Below, piece after piece: positions 46,315 to 55,888 of a DNA stretch of 64,000 nt (position 1 is the first letter of the stretch; each line of letters opens with the position of its first letter). Where the stretch lies: sequence record NZ_CP014126.2. The stretch is one strand, 5' to 3'. The notes under the pieces are model-generated. The model searched no databases and was not told where the DNA came from. It saw only the letters and a list, made by a program, of their open reading frames with translations. Position numbers and translations under genes: made by a program. This DNA comes from a plasmid.

Positions 46315-46848
46315 ATGAAACAGTGGTATGTGCTGCAAACGCTTTTTGCACAGGAGAAAAGGGCTGAGGCACATCTTATTAATCAGGGAGTTGAATGTTA
46401 CCTACCATTTTTCACCTGTCAGTTACTGGCTGACGGGAAAGTGAAGCCGGTTAAAGCACAACCCCTTTTTCCTGGATATTTGTTTGCAAGGTTTGATCCG
46501 GAAGACATTCACACAACCACTATAAAATCTACACGAGGCGTATCCACGATTGTTCGGTTCGGAAACCGCATTGCTGTTATGTCTGATGAAGAAATGAATC
46601 GCTTAAGGCATGGTGCGGACTCGGCAGCGAAGGCTGACATGCAGTCTCCTGCGCATGGTGACAAAGTGTTGATTGCAGGCGGCGTTTTCGGAAACCTCGA
46701 AGCTATCTGGCATGAGCCTAATGGTGCAAAACGGGCAATATTATTGCTGAATTTTATGGGCCGCCTTATTGAGTTGGATTTGAAAAAGGCCCGATCTGAG
46801 GGAATGCAGATTAAAAGACTGACAGGCAGTAACCAGGCTGCGGCCTGA
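46315..46848 (+). CDS. RfaH/NusG-family paralogue (NGN domain plus KOW-like C-terminus)
   Basis: KQWYVLQTLFAQEKRAEAHLINQGVECYLPF...PLFPGYLFARFDPEDIHTTTIKSTRGVSTIVRFG...GDKVLIAGGVFGNLEAIWHEPNGAKRAILLLNFMG is colinear with E. coli RfaH. ATG at 46315 follows AAGGAG. Confidence 0.75.
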   Translation: MKQWYVLQTLFAQEKRAEAHLINQGVECYLPFFTCQLLADGKVKPVKAQPLFPGYLFARFDPEDIHTTTIKSTRGVSTIVRFGNRIAVMSDEEMNRLRHGADSAAKADMQSPAHGDKVLIAGGVFGNLEAIWHEPNGAKRAILLLNFMGRLIELDLKKARSEGMQIKRLTGSNQAAA

Positions 46849-46875
46849 GTGGTTTGACTCTTGAATATTTGAAAT

Positions 46876-47319
46876 TTGCAGAATATGGAGCATCGTATGA
46901 GACACTCATTCGTTAAAAGAATCATTAAAAATAATAAGTTACTAGTTAGCCTGACTATTACTGTCCTGACTTTCAATATGGTCACGTTGTTTTGGCTCAG
47001 GCACAGCGGATATCTGACATGGGAATCATTAAACTGGTCAGTTTTGAGGGTGATTGCTCTGGTCTCAGCATTAATGGCCGCTTTAAATCTTTACCTGCTC
47101 TTGAAACGCGACGAACTGAGCTCCGTCTACCTTTTACCTGCTTCGGTTCCCTGGCTAATGGCGATGCTTTGGTACGTTTGCAAGAGTGTTTGGTATTGGT
47201 CGCTTCCTTCCTCTCCGGTTCAATATTTAATTTTTGGTGCGCTGGGAAGTTTCTTCTTCACTCTGGCTGTTGTAGCTGCAATGGCTAACCAACATGAAAG
47301 TATGGATAAACGGATTTAG
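46876..47319 (+). CDS. inner-membrane protein (TraP-like position)
   Basis: 147 aa, four hydrophobic segments; located between traB and traV where traP sits in F. Confidence 0.4.
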   Translation: MQNMEHRMRHSFVKRIIKNNKLLVSLTITVLTFNMVTLFWLRHSGYLTWESLNWSVLRVIALVSALMAALNLYLLLKRDELSSVYLLPASVPWLMAMLWYVCKSVWYWSLPSSPVQYLIFGALGSFFFTLAVVAAMANQHESMDKRI

Positions 47320-47363
47320 TGCAACGCAACAAGCGATTATGAACGGTCAGATACCGCGTTACT

Positions 47364-47393
47364 CCGGGTTTTACTCAGCTGAGTAAAACCCGG
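47364..47393. repeat. 30-bp perfect palindrome CCGGGTTTTACTCAG|CTGAGTAAAACCCGG
   Basis: Read directly from the sequence; lies in the gap upstream of traV. Confidence 0.9.
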
Positions 47394-47511
47394 AAGTTAT
47401 AGAAAAACGTCATATTGCAACCTTCACCTGCTCTTTTACTGCTCGTTCAGTTTAATCCCAACGCACCACTCCCTTATCAACTGCGGCCCTTCCGTATCTG
47501 AGGAAACTACT

Positions 47512-48060
47512 ATGCAAAAATTATTTGCGTGCGCACTGTTGTGCGCTGCGCTGACCGGCTGCGCCGGTATGAACTCTGATTTTGACTGCAACAAAACTGC
47601 GACCGATCAGTGTCTGTCGATGTCCGATGCCAGCAAACTGGCATCGAAGCATAAAAGCCTGGACGATCTGAGCGCAGAGAAGGAGGCCGGCCCAAAGCCT
47701 GCCGCTGAGGCGCTGGCGACGCCCGGCAATGCGAAATCCGCCATCAACCCTTACCGCTCTGTTAGCGTGGCCTCTCTGTCACCGCGCCCCATATCCGGAC
47801 AGATTGCTAATTCCGGGGACATCCGGGCATCAACACTGCCGGTCCACTCCGCATCACTGTCCGGAACCTCAGTCGCTGCAGCCGATGCCAACGGGCCCGG
47901 ACATGCAGACGCACGTCGTATTCCTGACGCCACTCAGAGATTGTGGATTGCGCCTTGGGTGGATGAGCAGGACAGCTTCCATCAACCCGCTGTGGTTGAA
48001 TTTGTTAAGCAGAAATCCCGCTGGGATGAAGACTTTCGCGTGATTAGCGAGGGAGAGTAA
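47512..48060 (+). CDS. traV: TraV outer-membrane lipoprotein
   Basis: Lipobox LTGCAG; ...RLWIAPWVDEQDSFHQPAVVEFV matches F TraV (ALWIAPYIDNQDVYHQPSSVFFV). Confidence 0.85.
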   Translation: MQKLFACALLCAALTGCAGMNSDFDCNKTATDQCLSMSDASKLASKHKSLDDLSAEKEAGPKPAAEALATPGNAKSAINPYRSVSVASLSPRPISGQIANSGDIRASTLPVHSASLSGTSVAAADANGPGHADARRIPDATQRLWIAPWVDEQDSFHQPAVVEFVKQKSRWDEDFRVISEGE

Positions 48061-48153
48061 TGAATAAACATTTTCCCTTCAAATCACGACATGAAACGTT
48101 CTCGCCCGACGCAGCCGGTGCTGCTCGGGGAGCGATAAAATCTGGAGAATGGC

Positions 48154-50799
48154 ATGCTCAATAACGTTATCGATCATCTTGCCGGCATTCTCAGCAGCGG
48201 GCGAGGTGAGGGCGGGGCAAAAGAAGCTGCCGCCATGCTACGTCAGAACTTCAATTATCCGTCTCTGAGTGGTCTGTTCCCCTGGCGCGCTTATGACGAT
48301 ACAACCGAACTCTACGTCAATAGCCGTTCCATTGGATTCGTTATGGAAGTGGCACCGCTGGCAGGTGCAAATCAGCAGGTGGTGCAGGCACTGGATGATC
48401 TGCTGCGCAAAACATTACCCCGCAAAACTCCCGTCACAGTGTTGATGGTCGCCAGTAAGTGTGTTGGAGATCTGCTGGATGAGGGGCTTAGTCGAGATAT
48501 GTGGAAAGGCAATATGGCTCCACAACTCAATGCGATTACTAAGGCTTTTTGGGAGCGCTCAGCACTCAAGGGGTTGGCGAATAATCGCGATTATCCGCTG
48601 TACCTTCGTAACTACCGCGTTTTTCTGGTGTACGCACAGGCCGGACGTGGTGGTATTCGGGCTATGGAAGAGGCAGTTCAGATGGGTAAAACGCTGCGCG
48701 TTTCGTTGCAGGCAGCCCATATGGATACCCGCCGCGTCGGGCCAGAAGAGTTTCTTTCTGTGGTTCGTGAGCAGCTCAACTACCGGCCGGGGCAGGTCAC
48801 TACGAGTAATAAACAGTGGAACAGTGATCAAGAGCTGCACCGCCAGTGTGTTGACCCCAGCACAGAGCTTGAAGTGCATCCCGGTTTTCTTCGGCTAACC
48901 ACGGCTCTTCAGCCGGAAGATCGAACCCTCGATAAAAGCGAAACTGATGGTGTCGCTCGTACACGCATTGTCAGTCTGCAGCTGACCCGAACACCCGCGA
49001 AGTTTGCGCTGTGGCAGGCTTCAGACAACCTGCAGAATATGCGTTTCCCGGATCTTGGTATTCCCTGCCCGTTTATTCTGAGCTGGACGGTATGCGTTGA
49101 AGATCAGGTAAAAAGTCAGAACTCTGCATTCAGCAAAGAGCAGGACCTGGGTAAGAAAGCAGGAACCTCTTATGCGAAGCTGTTTCCTGGTACCGAACGT
49201 GCTTATCAGGAGTGGCGCGGACTGCGTCAGGAACTGGCCAACAATGAAATCGCCATGTGCGATATGTCACTGAATCTCACACTCTTTACACCGGATGATG
49301 CGAGCGAGCAGAAAAAATGTGAGCTGGCAGCCATCAATGTGTTCCGTAAAAACGAGCTTGAAATAGCAGCACCGCGCTTTCAGCAGTTACGCAACTGGCT
49401 TACCACTTTGCCGTTTATGATGCAGGAGGGTTTATGGGACGATATGCGTCAAATGGGAGCGACACTCCGCTGTAAAACGTTTAATGCAGTCAATCTTATG
49501 CCCGTAGTTGCCGAACGGCAGATGTCGCCGCGCGGTATTCCGCTGGCCACTTATCGCAACCAGTTGGCCTTTTTCGACATGTTCAGCAAGCACAACGGAG
49601 CCAGTAACTTTAACTGTGCCGTGACGGGCACGTCAGGTGCGGGCAAGAGTTTCCTTATCCAGGGAATCCTGCGAGAGGTACTGAATACCGGGGGCTTTGG
49701 CTGGGTAATAGACATGGGGGGTAGCTACAGGAACTTCTGCCGTCAGGCGGGTGGGGCATATCTTGATGGGGAAACGTTGCGCTTTAATCCGTTTGCCAAT
49801 GTCACAGACATCAGCGAGTCATCCGAGGGCATAACTGGTCTGATGGCCGTTCTGGCAAGTCCGCAGGGAAATCTGGATGAGATCAGTGAGGCTATTCTGC
49901 AGAAAGGAGTGGTCGCGGCCTATGAAGCGAAGCAGAACAAGGCGCGTATTGACGACGTAGTCCATTATCTTGAATCGTCAGATGTGACTGAAAAATATGC
50001 CAGCCAGCCAACCATAATGAGTCGAATCAACGAACTGGTACTGCTGCTGGATCAATGGTGTACCTGGGGAGCCAACGGCGAATATTTTAACTCAGATGAA
50101 CCTACTCTTGACGGTGAAACACGGTTTACTGTGCTGGAGCTGCAGGGACTGGAGAAACGACCGAATCTTTTGTCCGCGGTGCTGTATTCGCTCATTTTGG
50201 CGATCCAGGAAAAGATGTACCACTCACCTCGTAGTCTGAAAAAAGTGGCCATTATCGATGAGGCCTGGCGTCTGTTCAGTGGACAGAACCCACATGCAGC
50301 ACGCTTTATCGAAAAAGGCTATCGCACGGTTCGCCGCCATCGAGGCGCATTTATCACCATCACCCAGGGCATGAAAGACTTTACCGGATTACCGGGAGAG
50401 CCTGCTCCTTCCGCCGCCGCCGCCGCGTGGGACAACAGCGGAACAAAAATCACGCTACTGCAGGAGGCGAAAGCGCTGAAAACCTACCTCAATGCTAACC
50501 CCGATCAGTTCAGTGAGATGGAAACGGAAATTATTCGTGGATTCCAGAAGGCAATTCTTACGGGATACAGCTCCGCAATGATTTCAATGGGAGAGCAGAG
50601 TTCATTTTACCGCGTGTTTGTTGACCCGCTTACGCGAGCCCTCTTCAGCACCACGGGAGAGGACTATGAATACATGACGGAGGCACAGAATGCAGGAGCG
50701 ACCAGCGAGGAAGCTGCGTGGCTTCTGGCCTGTGAACCACACATGTATCAGGCCGAAATGCAGGAACTGCAGTTATGGGCTGGCCTGACTGTAACCTGA
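48154..50799 (+). CDS. traC: TraC, VirB4-family ATPase
   Basis: 881 aa. Walker A GTSGAGKS; Walker B region VAIIDEAW. Confidence 0.9.
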   Translation: MLNNVIDHLAGILSSGRGEGGAKEAAAMLRQNFNYPSLSGLFPWRAYDDTTELYVNSRSIGFVMEVAPLAGANQQVVQALDDLLRKTLPRKTPVTVLMVASKCVGDLLDEGLSRDMWKGNMAPQLNAITKAFWERSALKGLANNRDYPLYLRNYRVFLVYAQAGRGGIRAMEEAVQMGKTLRVSLQAAHMDTRRVGPEEFLSVVREQLNYRPGQVTTSNKQWNSDQELHRQCVDPSTELEVHPGFLRLTTALQPEDRTLDKSETDGVARTRIVSLQLTRTPAKFALWQASDNLQNMRFPDLGIPCPFILSWTVCVEDQVKSQNSAFSKEQDLGKKAGTSYAKLFPGTERAYQEWRGLRQELANNEIAMCDMSLNLTLFTPDDASEQKKCELAAINVFRKNELEIAAPRFQQLRNWLTTLPFMMQEGLWDDMRQMGATLRCKTFNAVNLMPVVAERQMSPRGIPLATYRNQLAFFDMFSKHNGASNFNCAVTGTSGAGKSFLIQGILREVLNTGGFGWVIDMGGSYRNFCRQAGGAYLDGETLRFNPFANVTDISESSEGITGLMAVLASPQGNLDEISEAILQKGVVAAYEAKQNKARIDDVVHYLESSDVTEKYASQPTIMSRINELVLLLDQWCTWGANGEYFNSDEPTLDGETRFTVLELQGLEKRPNLLSAVLYSLILAIQEKMYHSPRSLKKVAIIDEAWRLFSGQNPHAARFIEKGYRTVRRHRGAFITITQGMKDFTGLPGEPAPSAAAAAWDNSGTKITLLQEAKALKTYLNANPDQFSEMETEIIRGFQKAILTGYSSAMISMGEQSSFYRVFVDPLTRALFSTTGEDYEYMTEAQNAGATSEEAAWLLACEPHMYQAEMQELQLWAGLTVT

Positions 50800-50814
50800 T
50801 CCGGAGAAATAATT

Positions 50815-51261
50815 ATGCATGAAGAAAAAATGTCATCTGCCCGTGCAGATGAGGAAGGCGGTAACGGCCACGTCGCGACGGGTAGCGTCAGAGCAAAAAC
50901 GTGGTCTCGGCTGCTTTACAGCCGGAGGTGCAGAACTGCTGTGGCAGGCGCACTGTTAGTAGTGATGAGCGGTGGTGTCAGCGCACTAGTTTCGCAAGCG
51001 CTACAGCCAGCATACGTTGTGTTTGACATGAAAGGCACTATCGACACTTTTCGCCAGCAAACCGCGCAGCGGCCGATGGAAAAAGATGTGCTTGAGACCC
51101 TGACGAAGCGCTTTGGTGCAGCGCTGGATTCAAGCCTGACGGCCTGGCAGGAAAAACATAATGGCATCGTTCTGGTAAAGGGTGCGGTTGTTGGTGGTGC
51201 TCGCGACATCACGCCTGACATTCAGGCGGACATTGCGCGTCAGATGCAGGGGACGCAATGA
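50815..51261 (+). CDS. trbI: TrbI
   Basis: Single transmembrane segment, ~130-150 aa, in the F gene-order position after traC. Confidence 0.55.
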   Translation: MHEEKMSSARADEEGGNGHVATGSVRAKTWSRLLYSRRCRTAVAGALLVVMSGGVSALVSQALQPAYVVFDMKGTIDTFRQQTAQRPMEKDVLETLTKRFGAALDSSLTAWQEKHNGIVLVKGAVVGGARDITPDIQADIARQMQGTQ

Positions 51262-51899
51262 ATAGACGCCCGATAGCCAGGCTTCTTGCCACAGTGGTTT
51301 TTTTACTCGCTACAGCGGTTTCACTGACCGCAGGGGCGAAAGATCTTGGAACCATCGGGCATCTGTTTCCGATCGCCGAGCCGGACCTGCTGACCTTTAT
51401 CGGCCAGCGACTGCAGGGCATGAAAGACAGCGGCGAGATGGACAGGCTGCAGCGCGAGGCCGAAGCGCGTGTAAAGGAGCACGCAGTACGCCCGGCACCA
51501 GTGGCTGGGCTGACGTCGGCGAAGAAAAATAAAACTTTCATGTACGACCCGACATTTACAGTGCGTGAAACTATCCGGGATATGCGTGGAAATATCATTG
51601 CCCGGGCCGGCGATAAGGTTAATCCGCTGGATAAAGTGCCTTATAGCGAAACACTTTACTTCGTTGACGGAGACAACCCTGCGCAAATGGACTGGGTTAA
51701 ACCACAGCTTAAGGAAAAGCAAAACTTCAAGGTCATTCTGGTTAAAGGCAATGTGCACGACAGCAGCATCGCTCTGGACGAGCCTGTCTACTTTGATCAG
51801 TACGGCACGCTAACAACAAAATTTGGCTTTGAGCACACGCCTGTACGTATCACACGTGACGGGCGCATGCTCAAAGTAGAGGAGGTGGCGCTGAAATGA
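51258..51899 (+). CDS. traW: TraW
   Basis: Signal peptide; AKDLGTIGHLFPIAEPDLLTFI matches F TraW (AEDLGTWGDLWPVKEPDMLTVI). Confidence 0.8.
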   Translation: MNRRPIARLLATVVFLLATAVSLTAGAKDLGTIGHLFPIAEPDLLTFIGQRLQGMKDSGEMDRLQREAEARVKEHAVRPAPVAGLTSAKKNKTFMYDPTFTVRETIRDMRGNIIARAGDKVNPLDKVPYSETLYFVDGDNPAQMDWVKPQLKEKQNFKVILVKGNVHDSSIALDEPVYFDQYGTLTTKFGFEHTPVRITRDGRMLKVEEVALK

Positions 51900-52186
51900 G
51901 TCACAAAATGCGAGGACGTAAAGCTCCGGAAACTGTAAAAATTCACGCGGCTACTGTGCGTATGGATGATGCTGATAAAGCAAGACTGAGGCAGATGACC
52001 AGTGAGCACCCACTGTACACAGAATCGGTAATAATCCGAGCTGCATTACAGGCTTTTCTTGCGTATGGCGTCCCGATGCGAACTGAAATTGTACTGGCCT
52101 CACTGAATGAAGGTGATGTAAGCGAACTCATGCGCCGCCACGGCATGCTGCCCACATCCGAGAGTGAGGGAACGCATGCAGTATAA
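51896..52186 (+). CDS. ribbon-helix-helix small DNA-binding protein inside the tra operon
   Basis: VKIHAATVRMDDADKARLRQMTSEH...SVIIRAALQAFL follows the beta-alpha-alpha RHH pattern. Confidence 0.5.
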   Translation: MSHKMRGRKAPETVKIHAATVRMDDADKARLRQMTSEHPLYTESVIIRAALQAFLAYGVPMRTEIVLASLNEGDVSELMRRHGMLPTSESEGTHAV

Positions 52187-52856
52187 CCTTGTCCAGAAGG
52201 TGATAGATGACTGGCAGAAAACTGAGTCATCATCGGCATCCGTGGCTGCACCGGTTCAGCTGCACCCTGAGCCGGTAATGCAACCGGTATGGACGGCTCC
52301 TATCCCGCCTGCCTGCCGAGCTGAAATTTCACTGGCACCGGAGAGCATCAGTGCATTTACGTCAGGCTTACCGGCTGTGGGTAGTTTCATTGTTCTGATA
52401 GCGATGGCCATTGTCATCGTCCGTGTAGGAAGGAGAATGACTCCCGAGAGGCCGGACACCATGCGCGTTGTATATGGATCGTCACCTCCGGCCCCCCTTG
52501 GCAGTCGTAAGATGGCTGACCTGGCAGCCGCTGAGGCAAACAGCCATTACTGGCAATGCATGCTGGCGGCATTTGGCGGCGCGCTGGAGGCCGAAGGCTT
52601 TGCGCTTCGTGCTGAGCCTCGGGCAAAGATCCTGCTGCCTTATGCTGTCCGGGCCCGCGTGGGTATCGCCATCGTAAAAGCGCGTTACCGCTACCTGAAC
52701 CCGCGCCAGAGCGACGAAGCTGCAGAGGCGATGCTGCGTGATGCCGAAGAGGATGACTACACCGGCAGCTGGACCGATTGCTGTCAGCGGGGAGCCGAGG
52801 CGGCCGGCTGGTATGTAGTAAGCCGGGGTGATGTCGGTCCACTAAATATGCAATGA
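52164..52856 (+). CDS. hypothetical protein with one transmembrane segment
   Basis: ORF with hydrophobic segment GSFIVLIAMAIVIVRV; overlaps the upstream stop. Confidence 0.4.
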   Translation: MRERMQYNLVQKVIDDWQKTESSSASVAAPVQLHPEPVMQPVWTAPIPPACRAEISLAPESISAFTSGLPAVGSFIVLIAMAIVIVRVGRRMTPERPDTMRVVYGSSPPAPLGSRKMADLAAAEANSHYWQCMLAAFGGALEAEGFALRAEPRAKILLPYAVRARVGIAIVKARYRYLNPRQSDEAAEAMLRDAEEDDYTGSWTDCCQRGAEAAGWYVVSRGDVGPLNMQ

Positions 52857-52878
52857 CCTTCCTACAGGTATAAAAATT

Positions 52879-53271
52879 ATGAGAAATAAAAATCGCGAAC
52901 CGGGCCTTATTCGGGTGATGACGTCACTGGATAACGTTGGTCTGGGTGAGCGACAGAAAACTATTTCGGACCTGCTACACAGCGCGCGGTTCGCCATACA
53001 GGAAGGGGATTACTTTACCGCACAGCAGCACATTACTGAGACTCTCGGCCAGTTGCGTAAAGCGCGACACAGCCTGCAGGTCTCTGGCGCAGATGAGCTG
53101 GAAATTAGTCTGCTTAATAATGCGATTGCCAGGCTGCTTGCTGTGCAGAAAGAAGGTGGTGCGGACTGGCGTGCTTATTTTTTTGTGTATTTACGTGAGA
53201 GCCGATATCCGCTGTTATTCCTGTTTTTTGTTGCAATATTAGCAATCGTATTCGTAAGGATTACTAGCTGA
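52879..53271 (+). CDS. hypothetical C-terminally membrane-anchored protein
   Basis: 130 aa; hydrophobic tail LLFLFFVAILAIVFV. Confidence 0.4.
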   Translation: MRNKNREPGLIRVMTSLDNVGLGERQKTISDLLHSARFAIQEGDYFTAQQHITETLGQLRKARHSLQVSGADELEISLLNNAIARLLAVQKEGGADWRAYFFVYLRESRYPLLFLFFVAILAIVFVRITS

Positions 53272-53371
53272 CAGGTCATCTGCCAGAATTTTGTAACAGG
53301 AGGAGGGCCCGCAGTGGATATCAGCTGGTCTAAAATCTGCGCATGAGTTATCACTTAAAGGAAAACCGGCA

Positions 53372-53752
53372 ATGAAAAAAACGACGCTCAGCCTTCTGTT
53401 GTTTGCTGCTGGCCATGCCTCAGCTGCGCCGTCGCTCATGCAGGCCTGGCCGTCATGCGACATAAAAGCTCAGCATGACGCGAAGGGCGTAACCGGCGGA
53501 AGCATCAGAGACCCGCTTCAGGCGCATATTTCAGTGCGCGTTAACGTACTGCAGGCCGATATCAGCAACGCCCGCAAGGCGCGTCATTTAACAGAATCTC
53601 AATCCGAACAGCTATGGCGTCATGCAGACCGCATCAGAAAAGATACTGATGGTTATGTGAAGCAGCAGGGATTTCTGAGCGCGGCAGAGCGCGCAAGCTA
53701 CGACCGTGAACTTGACGACATCACCGGCAAACTGTGCCGCGCAGTGAAGTAA
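53372..53752 (+). CDS. hypothetical secreted protein
   Basis: Signal peptide MKKTTLSLLLFAAGHASA; 126 aa. Confidence 0.45.
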   Translation: MKKTTLSLLLFAAGHASAAPSLMQAWPSCDIKAQHDAKGVTGGSIRDPLQAHISVRVNVLQADISNARKARHLTESQSEQLWRHADRIRKDTDGYVKQQGFLSAAERASYDRELDDITGKLCRAVK

Positions 53753-53806
53753 CATCTACCCGGGTGGCTCTGGCCACCTGAATGCCTTTTCTGCCCACGA
53801 TGCGCA

Positions 53807-53845
53807 GGCTGTTCGTTCCTCGCGCCGCTGCGGTACGCCTCAGCC
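53807..53845. repeat. dispersed 39-bp repeat, copy 2
   Basis: See 17351-17389. It follows a hairpin ggtggctctggccacc at 53765-53780. Confidence 0.5.
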
Positions 53846-53918
53846 TGCACCCCGCAGGCAGGCCCGATTAACGTCTGACTCCGGCAGTTCCGCTGCCGTC
53901 ATTACGGAACCTCACCCT

Positions 53919-54260
53919 ATGACATACCCCGCTGAAATATCGGCTCAGCCGGTCGTGCGCGATCGCTGGGGCGGCTGGACGCATCCTGACTTCTTTGTGC
54001 CCGCTGATGGTAATGAATATCCGCAGCCCGGCGAGTTTGAGGCCTGGCTTACCGCGCATAGTCTGGCGGCCGCCTTCACCTGGATGGAAAACGATGCGCC
54101 GGACTGGATCCGTGATCGCTTCCAGAAAACAGGTGACTGTAGCAGCTGGCAGCCCTCCGGGCCTGGCGGAGAGGGCTGGTTTATAGGCAGCATCCACGAC
54201 ACTGATGACGGCCCAGTGTGCGTCTGGCTTCGTCAAAAGCAGGAGGTGCGGAACGCATGA
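53919..54260 (+). CDS. hypothetical protein
   Basis: 113-aa ORF immediately upstream of traU. Confidence 0.4.
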   Translation: MTYPAEISAQPVVRDRWGGWTHPDFFVPADGNEYPQPGEFEAWLTAHSLAAAFTWMENDAPDWIRDRFQKTGDCSSWQPSGPGGEGWFIGSIHDTDDGPVCVWLRQKQEVRNA

Positions 54261-55249
54261 AACGCGCACTCTTCATTTTATGCCTTCTTGTGACGGCAAT
54301 TATTGCCAGGCCGGTGATGGCGGCAACCAGTAATGCCGGCGACGGTCGGTGGGTGAACCCCATCAGTGACGTCTGCTGGAAGTGTCTTTTTCCGATGTCA
54401 CTTGGCAGTATCCAGCTGGCATCAGGCGCACACCCGGATACGCCTAACCCTGCCTCACCCATTCAGCTCTGCTCTTACGGTATTTTCTATCGTCTCGGGC
54501 TGGCGATCGGCTTTTGGGAACCGCTGGCGCTGACCGATGTGACCCGTGAGCCTGGCGTGATGGTGAATATGGGGGGATTTAAGATTAACCTCGGCCGCAC
54601 CGGCACCGGACGCGGTGGGCAAAGTGACTCACCCTCGCCTGGAAGCTTTTACCATGTGCACTGGTATAAGTATCCGCTGATTTTCTGGCTAAATATTATC
54701 ACCAGCGAAGGCTGTATGCAGACCGGTGATATGGATATTGCCTACCTGTCTGAAGTAGACCCACTCTGGAACGACAGCACGCTGGCCATGATCCTGAACC
54801 CCGAAGTGGCGCTGTTTAATAACCTGCTGGCGCAGGGCGCCTGTGCGGCGGACTCGATTGCCTCCACGGCCGGCGTGCCACTGGATCCACTTTTCTGGTG
54901 CGCCGGTGCACAGGGCTCGATGTATCCGTTTACAGGCTTTACCAGTAATGAGTTTTCGCCACTTGAAGCCTCCCTGCTCGTCAGTGAACGCATGGCCTTC
55001 AAGCTGCATCGGGAGGGGCTGGTCATGGAGACTATCGGGGCGGATGTTGCTGTCTGCTATGAATATCCGTCCCCGATCATCCCCAAATCACGCTGGCGTT
55101 ATCAGATGGTGAATATGTACCCCGAACCAAACGACTGCCATCCATTCGGCACAACAACCCAGCTCTGGGGCTCTGTACACAACTCACCGGCTACGAAAAA
55201 GAACTTCGGCTACCTCATGTGGCGAAAGCGTAACTGCGTTTATCTGTAA
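54257..55249 (+). CDS. traU: TraU
   Basis: ATG at 54257 after AGGAGG. Signal peptide. DVCWKCLFPMSLG matches the conserved TraU CWxCLFP motif. Confidence 0.85.
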   Translation: MKRALFILCLLVTAIIARPVMAATSNAGDGRWVNPISDVCWKCLFPMSLGSIQLASGAHPDTPNPASPIQLCSYGIFYRLGLAIGFWEPLALTDVTREPGVMVNMGGFKINLGRTGTGRGGQSDSPSPGSFYHVHWYKYPLIFWLNIITSEGCMQTGDMDIAYLSEVDPLWNDSTLAMILNPEVALFNNLLAQGACAADSIASTAGVPLDPLFWCAGAQGSMYPFTGFTSNEFSPLEASLLVSERMAFKLHREGLVMETIGADVAVCYEYPSPIIPKSRWRYQMVNMYPEPNDCHPFGTTTQLWGSVHNSPATKKNFGYLMWRKRNCVYL

Positions 55250-55258
55250 GGACTCACC

Positions 55259-55888
55259 ATGAAACAACCTCTGATTACGGCGCTGCTCGCGGGCGCCGCG
55301 CTGCTGTGCGCAGGAATTGGGAATGCCGCTGAGCAGCCGTCCGTATCAGGTAACGATATGGCGTATATGAAACAGCAGCAGCGCGACCTGGAATTGTTCA
55401 AAAGCCAGCTGAAGGGCATGAATATCACGCTGCCGGATGCGCAGCAGGGACGAGTCTCGCAGCTGCAGAACGAAATTGCCGCCGCACAGGCGGATCAGAA
55501 CAGCGCCGCGCGCCCTACGCCGCGGGCCGTTTACTTCGTCAGTCTGGGCATCCCGGAGGAAGGGCTGCTGCCGATGCTTGCGGACGCACGCCGCTTCGGC
55601 ATACCTGCCACGCTGCGCGGCCTGCTGAACAACGACTTCCGTCAGACGGCTGAGATGATGTTTGAACTGTCCAAAAAAGATAAGCAGGCAGGGGTGCAGA
55701 TCGACCCGACCCTGTACGAGAAGTACAACATAAAGGCCGTGCCAGCGCTGGTCGTCACCTGTGGCAGTCAGTCTGATGTGATCTACGGCAGCCTGCCAGT
55801 GAAGCAGGCGCTCGAAGAAATTAAGCAGCGCGGCGACTGTGGCAGTACGGCTGCGCAGCTACTGCAGGACGCGGAGGGTGCGAAATGA
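55259..55888 (+). CDS. trbC: TrbC
   Basis: Signal peptide; size and position as in F after traU. Confidence 0.65.
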   Translation: MKQPLITALLAGAALLCAGIGNAAEQPSVSGNDMAYMKQQQRDLELFKSQLKGMNITLPDAQQGRVSQLQNEIAAAQADQNSAARPTPRAVYFVSLGIPEEGLLPMLADARRFGIPATLRGLLNNDFRQTAEMMFELSKKDKQAGVQIDPTLYEKYNIKAVPALVVTCGSQSDVIYGSLPVKQALEEIKQRGDCGSTAAQLLQDAEGAK

